A stretch of 64,000 bases of DNA from Lophium mytilinum (lineage: Eukaryota), in the NCBI GenBank assembly GCA_010093605.1, contig MU004181.1, forward strand, positions 3,782,001 to 3,846,000, given 5' to 3'. The position numbers and the translations under genes were made by a program. Shown here in pieces: positions 50,497 through 64,000 of the stretch. The notes beneath the pieces are model-generated. The model searched no databases and had not been told where the DNA came from. It saw nothing but the letters and a program-made list of their open reading frames with translations. Positions within the stretch are counted from its first letter, which is position 1. Every line of letters begins with the position of its first letter.

Positions 50497-52160
50497 TATA
50501 AGAAACGCGAGCGTATAGTATAGATATAGAGTATAGGCGTATTAAGTTATTAAAGATAAGTTTATATTATAAAGTATATTAAGTATAAGGCTCTATATAA
50601 TAAAACTATATAGGGTGTATATATACTAGCTAGTATATATATACTAGAAATATATATATACTTAATAGCTATATTTCTTATAGAAGCCCCTATAAAGAAA
50701 GTTACTATTTTAGTAACTATGCTACCCGCCCCTAGAGAAAGAAAAAGAGAGACTAAAGTAAGTATATATATAGAATATATATATTAAGAATATATATATT
50801 AAAGAGTAATTAAGCCTTAGTAACTAGCTCTAGGTAGTTAAGCTAGAGTAATTAGCTTAGCTTTAGCTTCTTAAGAATATTACTAGTAATATCTATAGCT
50901 CTATACTTCTTATTTATAGCTTTAAGGGCCTACTAGTATTTAATATTAACTAGTAAAGGTATAGATATATTTTACTTTAGTTATAGTATTACTATACCTT
51001 TTATACTTATAGCTGGTAGTATTATCTTTAGTAGTATTACTATAGTAGCTTTAGTAGGCTTTAATAGTATTAGCGTGCTAGCTTATAGTATAGAGGGCGT
51101 TAGCGCTATAGTAGCTTTAGCAGGCTTTAATAGTATTAGCGTGCTAGCTAATAGTATAGAGGGTGTTAGCGCTAAGAATACTATAGGTATCTTAGTAGTT
51201 ACTAATATAGATATAGGTACTACCTTTATAGTATATATACTTACTTACTAGGTACTATTATTTATTAGTAAGAGATAAATCTATCTATCTAGCGCTATAA
51301 GAATTACTAGTAGAGGCTCTCTTTTCTTTTTTAGCGGCGTCTATAGTATAGTATTAGTATTTATAAGCTTTATATCTTATATAAAAGTAGTAGTATATTA
51401 GTCTTTAATAAAGTAAAAGAAGTCTAGTAGTAGATATAGGTATACCTTAGTAATTAATTTAACTATAGTATCTACTATAGTATTCTTAATAGTAATAATA
51501 TTAAGTCTACTAGCGCCTATAGCTATATTACTACTAGCGCGCCTATAGCTATAGAGGTTATTTACTCTTATCTATACTATCTAACTTATCTTAAAATATA
51601 CTATATTATAGTAGCCTATATATATATCTATAGTATCTTATAGAAGCTATATCTACTTATTATAGATTTATAGCTTATATTAGAGCTTTAAATCTACTAT
51701 TACTACTAGGTTTACTACTATCTATAGTATTTATAATAATTACTTCTAGATAGAGCTTATATATATCTTTATTAACTACTATATAGCTTTCTTATAGTTA
51801 GATTAAATATAGATAGTATACGCTACTATTTCTACTAGTATTACTATAGCTTACTTTAATAATAGTATTACTAGGGTTAGCTATATTACTATAGGCTAGG
51901 CTTTAGCGGGGGTTATCTTTACTAGAGCTATAATAGATAAAAATATCTTTCTTACTACTTATTTTATTATTACTAGCTCTATACGTATTTTATATAATTC
52001 TATATAAAAAGATTTAATAGTATTCTTATAGCTTTCTATTTAGGCCTTATATTTCTAGTAGCTATATTTAAGGCCCTAGATAGAATAGTAAGATAGAATA
52101 TATTATTTAGCTAGTAGACGCGCCTATTTACTATTAAAGGTATTAATAATAGTCTTATAC

Positions 52161-52327
52161 TATTATAAGAAGTAAGAAGTAGAGGTAAAAGATATTCTAT
52201 TAAGCTAGCTAGCAGGCGTTACCTTAAGGGGACGCCGGCGTATAGAATACTAATATCTAGCTAGGCGTATATATAAACGTCCGTTATATACTATATACTA
52301 TAGCCTACTATCTATAAAACTATAATA
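52161..52327 (-). repeat. 3' LTR of Gypsy B
   Basis: Direct repeat of 59882-60048. Confidence 0.93.
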
Positions 52328-55300
52328 ACTACCCTAAATAGAAAAAATATTATTATTCTTAATAACTATATATCTAAGCTATTCTTTCTAGATAATAGCG
52401 TTCTAAGAATAAGATAGTAAGTAATAATTAGTAGCGTAGAAGATAAATATAATAGAAAGATAGTTCTTATAGATTATAAAAGATAGTAAGCTATAAAAGG
52501 AGATAGAGTTATAGAAGTTATAGAAAATAATAGATTTATATAAGTTATAAAAGAGAATAGCTTCTTAAGCTAGTATACTATTAGCGGGTAGTAGAGTATA
52601 GATAGCTATAAAACTTTATAGGCGGCTGTAATTAGGCTATAGTAATTAGCTTATAGATAAGTAATTAAGCTATAATAGATTTCTAGAAGCTAGCTAAGAT
52701 AACTAGTTCTAATAGACGGGGGCGTATAGATAGGCGGAGGCATTATAGTTCTAGGTAATTAAGCTTATAGTAATTAAGCTATAGTAATTAATCTATAGTA
52801 ATTAAGCCCTTTAAAAAGTCTATAAGGCTTATTTTTAAGAGGGGTGCGCCTTATTATAGGTGTCTACTAAGTTAATATTAATATCTCTATAGTATATCTA
52901 TTAGTTTTTCTTAGTACTATAGCCGCGCCACTTAATAAAGTACTTAATAAACTTTTTTTTAGCTTACTCTATATAATAAACTTAGCGGCCGAGTAGCTTC
53001 TTAATATAATAGAAGGCGCTATTATTATTATTATATTTATTATTAATGGCAGGCAGCTAAGAGAGTTAACTAGCCTTATTATACTTATATAGGTCCGTCT
53101 CTAGTACTATAGTAGGCTCTAATTACTTAATAGAAATTACTAGATAGATCTTCTAGGTATCTAGAAGGTCTATTTTATACGTGTTATACTCTATAGTATA
53201 TTTAATAACTCTAGAATCTATATATTACTAGCTAAACTTCTATATTAGGCTAGAAATCTTAAAGCCCTTATTTAGATAGATATATACTAGATCTCCTAGC
53301 TATAGTATAAGCGGCTAGCGTTTAGTATTAAAGTAGATCTTTATACGCGCTATAGTAAAGGTAATAGTATTAGTAGTATTCTAGTAGAGTATATTATAGG
53401 CTTACTAAAAGCTCTAGATACCTACTTTAGAAGTTAAGAGCTATATATCTAGTAAGAATATAAATATTAGTAAAGGGCCTACTATAGATATCTAGAGTCT
53501 TAATATAGATATCTAGAGTCTTAATATAGATATCTAGAGGCTTAATATAGATATCTAGGGGGCTTATATACCTATAACTATACTAATAGCTAGTTTAGTA
53601 AGGTTATCTATAGTAATTAAGAATAGAAGGCCTTTATTAATATAGAAGCTATAGATTACCTTATTTAGAGAGATATTTATAGACTTATTCTTTATATTAT
53701 TTATAGAGTAATAAAGCGTAATAAGAAAAGCTAGCTAATTAAAACCTTCTTATAAGATATAGTAATAAATAGTAATTTCTATTATCTAATTTATATATTT
53801 AGACTAGCTATCTATTCTAGAGTAGTACGCCGTTAATATTAAAAGCCGGGTTTCTAATTATTTAAAGAGGGACTTCTAGAAGGCGCTAGTAAACTTATAG
53901 TTCTAGTCTATAATTATAGCGGCGGGTATACTCTAATTAGCTAAAAGATCTAGTATAATATCTATCTAGTTTTTAGTATTATAGATATCTTTACTAGGGC
54001 TAGCTATAGCGCGCTTACTAAACTTATATATAATAGTAACTATAGTATTAAAGCTATTATAGTTAGATAACCCTACTATAAAATTAATAGATACTATATA
54101 AAAGAGTATTAGAGGAGTCTATATAAATATAAGTAAGCTATAGAGCCTATAATAGTAGGTAGTATTAATATAATAAATAGAGTAGTAAAGAAGATAGGCT
54201 TTAAAATATCTAGAAAGCTTTCTTATATAGTATATAGCTTATATATACTTATAAGAGTATTAAAAGCCTATATATAAGTAAGTATTATAATACTTATAGA
54301 AAATATCCCCTTTTAAGGCTTTAAAAATATATAGCTATAGCCGGCCGTCTATAGTATCTCTATAATAGATAAGGTTATTATATAGAAAAAAAAAGAGTTC
54401 TAGAGTATCTATATTAGAGAGATACTATTTACTAGCTTCTAAGATAGTCTCTATAAGTAGAGTAAGTATATCCGCCTACTACTTATTAGTTATATACGCC
54501 TAGATAAATATATTATAGAAGTCTATTACTAGCTCTATAATTATTATATTAAAGGTAAATAGCTTCTCTAAGGTATCTAATATAGCTTATTCTAGATCTC
54601 TTATTATAAGACGTAATAGGGCGTTAGGTATAATATATTATTTTCTAGAATAGTAGTATATATTAAGGTAAAATTATAATAGATACTATAAGGCCTATAT
54701 AAGCCTTATATTAAGCTTATTAATAGCTAATAAAATTAATAAGGAGGCCTTTATAATACTAAGGGTGGCGGCGTAGTTAGTAATAATAATAACGGGAGCC
54801 TCTAATACCTTAATAAGATAATAGATATAATAAATAGTCTATACTATATAGGCGACTTCTAGCTTAGTTAACTAGTAATTATGCTTAGTAGCTAAGAGTA
54901 GTTTACTAAGAAATAGAATAGATTTAATCTTATTACGCTTAATATTCTTAATTAATAGTAGGTTTTCTTAAATATAATAAACTATAATACTAAAGCTATA
55001 TTTTAAGGCGTTAATATCTATATATAGCTATCTAGCTAGTTAATAGTATACTAGAAATAAAGAGTTACTAAAGGCTTATTAAATAGCCTTATATAAGTTA
55101 TAGAGCTCTATATAATTATTAACCTAGGCCTTATATATATAATTTAGGTAAGCGTATTCTATAATAGGGGCATTTATAAGAAGATAGGTTTTCTTCTTTT
55201 ATAAAAGCTTTAATAGCTAGGCGTAGTAGCCTATATACTATTATAGCTATCTAGTAAGCTTTAAATAGTACTCTAGCTTCTTTAAGAAGGTTAGAAAAGC

Positions 55301-58300
55301 TAGATTCTAGATAGTAGTAATCTTTTTAGCTACTATTATAAGGCCTAGGGCGTCTATATACTACCTTAAAAGTATTAAAAATAGATAGCCTAGATATAAC
55401 TTCTCTACCTTAAGTATAATATTTAATTCTATTAAGGTATTAAATAGCTACTATAGATAGTATAGATATTCTAGTAGTATCTTACTATAGATAACTATAT
55501 TATCTATATAGGCCTTATAAAAGGCCTATAGTTTATAATATCTAATAATCTTATTAATCTACCTTTAGATATAGATAATAGAGCTATAGAAGCCTATAAT
55601 AGCTATATTAAAATATTTTTATCTATAGTATAAAATAATAGTAAACTTCTTATAGTTATTATAACTAATAGGCTATTAATAAAAGAAGAAGGCGGCGTTT
55701 ATAGTAGATATTTAAGGGTAGCCCGCTACTAAGCTTATAAGCTTCTTCTATTTTAGTAGTAGGTAGAAGTTCTTAATAGTAACTCTATTTAGGCCGCGGA
55801 TATTAATAATAATATAGCCTTTTCTTATTAAAACTCTATTAATAGTAATAGTCCTCTATATAATAAATATAGAAAAGCTAAAATATATTAGAGCTATAGA
55901 CTACTCTATACGCCCTTATTAGTAGAGCTTATTAAACTTAGTATCTATAAGCGCCTGTTCTTACTATTTAAGAGAATAGACTTAGTAGGCTAGCTTAGTA
56001 TTATAGCTATTTACTTTATTAGTAAGTAGAATCTATAGCTACTAGTTCTTAGAAACGCTAGTAAGCTTACTATTATTAGTAAAGAGGGGTTTAAACTTAT
56101 TAATAATATTATAGATTTATATTACTATATTCTATATACTATAAATAGTAATACTAAAGGGGCTAATAGTCTTAATACCTTCTTTAAGTATTCTAGTAAG
56201 TATTAGCTACTTATTCTATATAGGGTATAAAGTTTTAACTTAACTAGTTTAGGTATTATAGCTACTAGGTAGTAGAAATGCCGGGTTTTAGCTAGTTTAG
56301 GGTTACTAAAGCGGCGCTTATTACGCGGTAAGGGCGTATTTACCGGCATTAATAGTATAGGCAGCTTTCTTAAAATAGTCTATAAGCGTGCTAAGCTTTC
56401 TATACTAGGTAACTATAAAGAGTTTCTTAATTATATTATATACTAGAATATATAATATACCGGCGTCTAGAATATAGATATATACGCCGCCTTTATTACT
56501 AAGCTTTAAAGGTAAATAAAGCTCTAGTATAAATATATAGTCTCTATCTAGAAGCTTATTATACTTATAGACCTTAAATAGAATAGGGGAGATAGAGTAT
56601 ATAGAAATAATTATTATAGCTATAGCCTATATAAAATACTAAATCTTAGTAGGTAAAGACTTACTATTTCTTATCTATACTATTATTAGAGCTTTTATAT
56701 TCTAATAGCTTACTATATATAGGCACTTATTCTTAAAGTTAATAATTACACCTTCTAGATCTAGAATATCTATACTAAGAAGTAGATTTATATATAGCTA
56801 TTTAATAATATAAGCCTTAAATATTATAATAGCTATAATAGGCTTTCTATTAAGTAGCCTAGATATATATAGGTTAATAATATAGTACTTAGTTAATAAA
56901 ACTAGGTAATTTTCAACACCTTATACTATTATTAGCTTAATTATTTTAAGCTTTATAGAGTTTCTATACTTTTTAAGAAAGTCTCTACTAATTAGGGTTA
57001 TTATATTACCTAAGTTAGGCGTAATATTATTTAAGGGGCCGTTCTTTATTAAGAATACCCTTATAATTATATAGTAATAGCCTCTAAATATAATACTAGA
57101 GCTAATCTTTAGGTTTATTACTAAGAAAAACACGTAGATAGGCTTTATAGTTAGAGGCTTATCTTCTATAGCTATTACTAGAAGGCTATAATAAGCGCTT
57201 TTAATCTCTATATAGAGTATAGTAATATATTAATAGATAGTTTCTAGTATAGGCTTTATAGCTAGCCTTCTATAAAAGGCTATAGAGGGCTTATAGTCTT
57301 TATAGAGATATTAAAATAAAGTATTATTTAATAGAAAGCTTACTATATAGGTATAATAAGTATATACTAATATAAGGCTTACTAGAGAGGTTAAGGCATT
57401 AAAGATATCTATAAATCCGGCGTTAATAAGATTAAAAGGCTTATTCTTAATATAAGGCTTCTAATAGGCGTTATTAATATATTATTTCTAGTGCTTATTA
57501 TCTATATAGCCTATTTAGGCTATAGTCTTCTTAACGCCGGCTTATATATCTACCTAATATTATTTATTCTAGGCGTTAATATTAGTATTAGCATTAATAT
57601 TAGCGTTATTTATAGCTATCTTAAATAGCTATTTACTAAAGTAGTTAGCTCTAGTAGACCTATAGCTTCTAAAGCTACTAATATTTTAAAAGAAAGGCTA
57701 AAAGGGTTATATATTACTATTTATAAGTATAAAAGGCTATTAAAAGGCTAGTAGCGCTAGTTTTAATATTACTATAGAAGCACTTTATTAATACTATAGG
57801 GTATAAGTATTATAGTTAGTATACCCGCTAAACTAATTAAAAGATAGCTATCTATAGTATTTACGGTACGGCTAGTTACTAATAGGTTAGTAGAATTATA
57901 ATAGCTAGAAAGTCTATTAAGAAGCGTAGAAGTTATACTAATCTTAAAGGGCTAATTACTAGCTATTAAAGCCTATCTAGATATAGACGCTAGCTAGGTT
58001 ATACTAGTTATTATATCTAGACTCTAATAGCTATATAAACTTATAAACCGCTATAGCTACTATAGATAGTAATATACTATTTCTAAATAAGGGGTTAATA
58101 CTATTCTAGATAAATATAAGCCTATTACTACTACCTTTAGTATTAATACTTAACGCCTTTATATTATATATTATATTATATATATATATTAATATACTAT
58201 AATAGAAGTAAGTATCTTAGAGTATATAGAAGGCTATTATTAGCTTTATAAGTAACTTAGTAAGTAGCTTCTTAAACTAGTAAATAAGGGATTTATACTA

Positions 58301-59160
58301 GCTATTAGTAAGAGCTATATATTAGAGGCCCGCCTTCTCTATATTAGTAAGAGTAGAGGTATACTAAGTAAAAGTACTTTCCCTTAAATACTAAGGTAGC
58401 TTATTTCTTATAATATCTTTAAAATAGAGCCTAGTAATATTTCTTACGCGCTTAATAAAGATATAGATATTCTTAATATATATATTATTTCTACTATAGA
58501 AGATACTATTAATAAAGTTAGCTAGAAGCTTTAACTTAAAGTAGAAAAAGCTAACTTCTTATAGTTAGAAGCCTTCTATACTACTATCTCTAGCACTAGC
58601 ACTAGTACTAGGTATACTAGAAAAACTAGGGGGGCCTAGTAGTCTAGAGGCTCTAGAGGCTATCTATACGCGTATAATAGCCGCATTAATAAGATTCTAG
58701 AGCTACTATAGCTAGGTAGTATTAAATACTATATTAGGTAATAGGTTCTAATTCTTATTATAGGTAACTTACTCTATTTAGTTTATATAGCTAGAGTTAG
58801 CTAAATATAGAGAGTTTATAATAGTAAGCTAGTATTATTTAAGCTATTATATAAAGTTTCTAATATTAGCCTATAGTATCTAGAATAAGGTTAGCTACTT
58901 TAAAAGGTATATCTAGCTCTAGTAAGAGCTAAGGGGCTACTTAGTAACTAGAAATTAAGTAAGAAAACCGCTTCTAAAGGCTATATTAAGTAACTAGCTC
59001 TAGAGTTAGCTAGAGTTAGTATACTTAAAGGTATAGAGCTAGTACCTAAGATAGATAATATTCTAAGGTAGCTCTAGGTAGATATACTATAGTAAGAAAG
59101 TATTAAAGCTACTTATACTAGATATAGAGTTTTAAAAAGCTATAGACGGGGGCGTATAGC

Positions 59161-59300
59161 TAAATATAGGCGTTAATAGCTAAATATAGATATTAATAGC
59201 TAAACGCGGGCGTTAATAGCTAAACGCGGGCGTTAATAGCTAAACGCGGGCGTTAATAGCTAAATGCAGGCATTAATAGCTAAACGCGGGCGTTAATAGC
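59161..59300. repeat. 7 x 20-bp tandem repeat (TAAACGCGGGCGTTAATAGC) in the leader of Gypsy B
   Basis: Exact 20-nt period, directly visible. Confidence 0.9.
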
Positions 59301-59881
59301 TAAAGAAGATAAGAATAAAAAAGAGATTAATAAGAGTAGAGAGAATAAAAAAGAGAAAAAGTTAATAAAAGAAAGTAGATAAAGCTTTATTAATAATATA
59401 GTTTTCTTCTAGACTATAGAACTACTTTCTTAGGGCCCTATAAGCTATATAATAGTAACTTCTAAAAGCTACTATAGACTATAGTCTAGAAGTTATTAAA
59501 AATAGTAGTTTTCTAAGAGTTATCTAAGATAGTAACTTTCTAGAACCTATTATAGACAGCAGTTTCCTAGAGGTTATTATTATTAATAGCTAAGTAGGTA
59601 TTTAGAGACGCTAATACTAGTAAGTAGACTTCTATAATATAAATATATATAACGCGGATAATAGAGAACTAGAAGATAGTTATATCTAGCCTATTAAAGC
59701 TATAGTAGATATAGACTAGTATAGAGTTATAGAGTTATAAAGCTAATACTAGTAATACTATTAACTATAGTTTCTTAAGTTCTAGTAGTACTCTAAAGGT
59801 TATAAAGAGCTATAGATCTAGTACTTATAATATATAAAGCTAGTAAGTAAGCTCTAGTAATAGTAGTACTAAGCTACTATT

Positions 59882-60048
59882 TATTATAAGAAGTAAGAAG
59901 TAGAGGTAAAAGGTATTTTATTAAGCTAGCTAGTAGGCGTTACCTTAAGGGGACGCCGGTATATAAAATACTAATATCTAGCTAGGTATATATATAAATA
60001 TTTATTATATACTATATACTATAGCCTACTATCTATAAAACTATAATA
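59882..60048 (-). repeat. 5' LTR of Gypsy B
   Basis: Direct repeat of 52161-52327. Confidence 0.93.
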
Positions 60049-63000
60049 TATACTTAATAATTCTATTAATTACTACGCTAAGTTTAATATTATTTTCTTT
60101 CTTCTTTTTAGTCTTCTAGTTCTACTTAAAGTAGAATTACTACTTTAATATTTCTAGAAAAGTATTATAGTCTAGGGTATTTAGGTACTTTTTATTTCTT
60201 ATTTTTATCTCTTCTCTAAGTACTATATATATAAATATAGCGTACTTACCTATAGCTACTATAGCTTACTAGTTATTATAAACTATATTCTACTATTATT
60301 TATTATATTTATAGATATATAAGATATTACTAGCGCTATATACTATTTTACTAATTAGAGTAGGTGTATTTTTATATATATACTACTAGCTTTCTTACTC
60401 TAGAATAATATTATTAGGTAAGTTAATTAAGTTAGTAATATTTACTATACCGGCGCTATTATTACTATTAACTCCTTTCTAGCCTTTAAGTACTATAATA
60501 GTAGTATTTATCTTTCTATTAAGCTTCTATACTTCTATATAATCCCCTATTACATCTATTATATTTAATAATTCTAGCGGCGGCCTAGGCGCAGAAGTAT
60601 AGGGGATAATTCTAGTCTTAAGTAATACTATTATTAAGGGTGCAAGTAATACTATTATTAAGAGTATAAGTAGTATATTAACTACTACCTAAAGCTTTAT
60701 CTACTAGGCGTTTATTCTATATTAGAGCTGCCTAGATAGAGTTAGTAATAGTTATACTTCTAGCTCTATCTCTTTTACCCTTCTCTCTACTATTTTTATA
60801 GTAAATATATCTAGGTTACCTAAATTATTTAGAACTTAGCCTATCTCTTTAAATTATTTATTATAGCAGCGTTTCTCTACTTTAGCTAGAGCTACTTTAT
60901 CTAATAGAAAAGGCAGCTTCTCTTTAGCGCTTCTATTAGCGGCTAGATTAACTTTATTAAAGAGGTTATAGCTTTTAATACCTTTAGCTTTAGTATTTAC
61001 TTCTTTAGGGCCCTTATCTCTATTATATAGCTAGCTAATATTATTACTACTAATATTAATGCTAGCTACTATATATAGGTTATAATTCTATACACCGCCC
61101 GCTAGATATACCTTATACTCTAGCTAGATATTATCTAGTAGAGGCGCTATAATAGTAATATTTTTAGTATAATTTAGATTTAAGTATATAACTAATTCTA
61201 GCTCTAGAAGATAGTCTATAACTATCTTAAAGGGTCTAATAATAACCTTTATTTACGCTAGTATTAGCTTAAGTATTTTATAGGTAAGGCCCCTCTATAT
61301 ACTATAGGCGCTAAAAAGAATAACTTTACTATAGATAATATAAACTCTACTATTAGCTTCTACGCTAGATAGGCCTATTAGCTCTCTTATAAGTAATACC
61401 TTATCTTTCTTAGTAAAAGTAGCTAGCTAGTTAATATAAAGCTTATAGAGGGAAATATTACTAGTAGTAAGTAAGGCTAGAAGTTTCCTAATATACTAGT
61501 CTATAAGTAGTACTTATAATAGAGGTAAATATATTTAGTTAATTAGATAGTAGAATAGATATAGTATAAAGTTATATTTAGCTAGTAGAATAGATTTACT
61601 AGAGTAGCTTTACTAGTATTCTATAATATTATCTAAAATAGTACTATTTCTATTACCCGGGCGCTAGAATTTTAGCTCTATAATAGTAGCGCTATAGTAG
61701 ATATTATTAGAGAGTTATATTATAGAGAAAGAGTTTATTATAGTAAAGTTATAGATAGTAGGTTTAATATCTATAGTTTTAGTAATTTACTATCTTTTTA
61801 GCTTAGTAATGCTAGAACTATATTTTACTATAAATACTAAAAACACTAAAAATACTATAATTATATTACTAATAAGAGCGCCTACGGGCCTTAAACTTCT
61901 CTACTATTTATAGAATATTCTTCTATAGTTATTTAACTAGCTCTACTATAATATTCTTCTTATTATTATACCCTTTCTATTTAATATTATAGATATTCTC
62001 TTTCTCTATAGTTCTACGCCTAATAATCTTCTCTATAATATATTTATTATAGCTATCTATAATAATTAGTTATAGAGATAGAAGCTTTCTATAGAAAGAA
62101 TCTAGGGTTACCTATTCTAAATAGGTAATACTAATAACCGGGTAGATTTATCTATATTTTTTAGAAAGTTTAAGCTTATAGGCTAAGTAGCTAATATACT
62201 TTATAATCTTAAATAGGCCTACTTAAATTAGTAATAGTAAGCTACTATCTAGAAGCCTATAGCTATAATAGACGCCTCTAATAACCTTAAAATAAATAGA
62301 ATCTTTTAAGTCTAGGGGTATATAGTTCTTATTATAGTATACTACTATTTTAGCTTAGGCTAGTTTAAAAGTATTAACTATATTAAAGTATAGTACCTTT
62401 CTATCCCTTAAAATAGAAATATTATCTATATTAGTACTATAGAATATTTTTAGTATAAGACTATATATAATCTTATATAGTATATATCTACTAGAGGCGT
62501 TAACTACTATATTAAGAGTATATTCTACCTATAGTAGAAGCTTCTACTACTATATCTTATACTATTCTATAAGTAGATAGTATAAGGTTATTTCTACTAT
62601 TTAGTTAGTTCTCTCTACTTATCTATCCGCGGATAGATAGTATAATATTATTATTTAAAGGTCTATCTTATATTATCTAAATAGCTCTATCTAAAAGGCG
62701 CTTATAAATTTTAGGTTTCTATTACTAATAATTACTTCTAGTAGGCCCTAATTATAGTAGATCTAATTAAAGAAGTAATGCATCTATATCTTAGCTATAT
62801 CTATCTTCTTTTCTAGTAGTAGGCGTATAGCCTTAGAGAACTTATTAGTAGTTATTATAATTATATTATTACTATTAGTAGATAAGGGTAGTACTACTAT
62901 AAAGTTAATTATAAAAGTTATAAAAGGCCTATCTAGCATCTATACTAGCTAGAGCTATCTATAGAGCTTTTAATTTCTTAGTTTTAAAGTCTTATATACT

Positions 63001-64000
63001 AGGCATGCTAGTATCTATTTATTAATCTTCTAATATAGTTTAGGTATATAAATCTTATACCTAAGATAATAGTAGGCTTAGTTAGCGCTATTATAGCCGC
63101 TTTTATTATGCGCCTTTTTAATAGCGTTATCTACTATACTACTTAGTAAGTATAAATATTACTTATTACTACTACCTTTTAGATATAAAAGGCTATTATT
63201 TAAGAAAAACCTATAATAGTAGATTTTATTACCTTATTTTACATTTATTCTAAGGTATTCTAGAATAACTTTAAAGATTTTATTCTTCTTTAGCTTTAAG
63301 TAGATTTATTTCTTATAAGCGTTCTTAATATATATAACTATAGTAGTAAGGCTAGTAGTAGTAGTATCTACTACGCCCTTAGCTATAATATTATTATAGA
63401 TAGTAGGTATTTATAAAAGCCTATCTATATTTTTATAGTATTTCTCTAGCTTATAAATAATTATTATCTATAGTAGAAATATAGATAGATATAGCTTCTA
63501 TTTTCTTAGGCGTACTAACTATCTATTTTTACTACCTATTTATAAGGCTAACTTTAAGGCTTTATAGTCTATATATATAGTAAAGTTATTACTATCTAGA
63601 TAGTATTAGAGTTTCTATAACGCCTAGACTAGGGCGCCTACTTCTAACTCTATAGCCTAGTAATTTTACTTATACTTTTTTAGTAATTAGCTAATAAAAA
63701 GAACTAGCTATTTAATTCTATTAAATCTAATTTAATATATAGCGCATCTATAGCTATACTCTTTAGAGCTATTAATATAGATAATAAATAGTTTAAGATA
63801 GTCTAGTAGAGCTAGTACTAGCTTACTATAAAGTATTACTTTTACTACTTTCTAGGCGTCTAGGCACTTCTTTAAAGAATTAGTAATCTTCTATATAGTT
63901 ATATAGTTCTTTTATATATAGCCTTTTTAAGAACTATTCTTAAGGCTATTTAGTTTTAGCTTTTATAAGAGTATAATAATATAGCTATATTTTTTAATAT

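Larger units (their letters stand above)
52161..60048 (-). mobile_element. Full-length RIP-degenerated chromoviral Ty3/Gypsy element B (7888 bp)
   Basis: 167-bp LTRs at 52161-52327 and 59882-60048; TSD TATAC at 52156-52160 and 60049-60053. RT AYIDNI at ~55505, RNase H, integrase, chromodomain KWRGY at ~52925. Confidence 0.93.
50497..64000 (-). mobile_element. RIP-degenerated chromoviral Ty3/Gypsy element A (3' part), with extra ORF, interrupted by element B
   Basis: Minus-strand relics: RNase H (ELEVGALV*AL, FTIYIDYKAL) at ~63550-63650; integrase (GLLEVIISNRNLKFISAF) at ~62700; GLFKI (GPF) at ~62215; chromodomain-like K*KGY at ~61980. Putative LTR 50497-50682 bounded by TATAAGAAA..TTTCTTATA. 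Confidence 0.85.

Noticed and set aside
56921..57133. 70-aa ORF in the AT block
   Set aside because: Stop-free fragment of the degenerate Gypsy B protease region, not a gene.
59161..59300. CRISPR-like periodic array
   Set aside because: No spacers; simple tandem repeat within a fungal retrotransposon.
46628..64000. Organellar DNA or contaminant as the source of the AT-rich block
   Set aside because: TpA excess plus LTR, TSD and pol relics fit RIP-mutated nuclear transposons.

Overview
Genomic DNA from a filamentous ascomycete (Pezizomycotina, probably Dothideomycete-like; genus not determinable), in two sharply separated compartments. Bases 1 to ~46,600 are balanced-GC and gene-dense with about 21 mostly intron-containing genes. 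Core-type genes: dienelactone hydrolase, CBM48/Crp1-Mdg1-like, pkaR, Vam7, TDP2-like EEP, GT90/CAP10, flavin oxidoreductase, Pam18, Rlp24, AtrR-like Zn2Cys6 factor, alpha/beta hydrolase and a BAG protein. Accessory-looking genes: a VWA + multi-Zn-finger + RBR-type E3 ligase resembling mimivirus R811, a His/Cys papain-like DUF6540-type protein, an F-box-like gene with a nonsense codon, a MYND-finger protein and a tautomerase flanked by two copies of a ~200-bp MITE. From 46,628 to the end is an AT-rich, RIP-mutated block of three nested LTR retrotransposons: a Copia, interrupted by chromoviral Gypsy A, which is interrupted by complete Gypsy B (167-bp LTRs, TATAC TSD). Gypsy A appears to carry an extra ~1,000-codon ORF between pol and its 3' LTR. 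All family assignments are from motif recognition by eye; no database searches were run.
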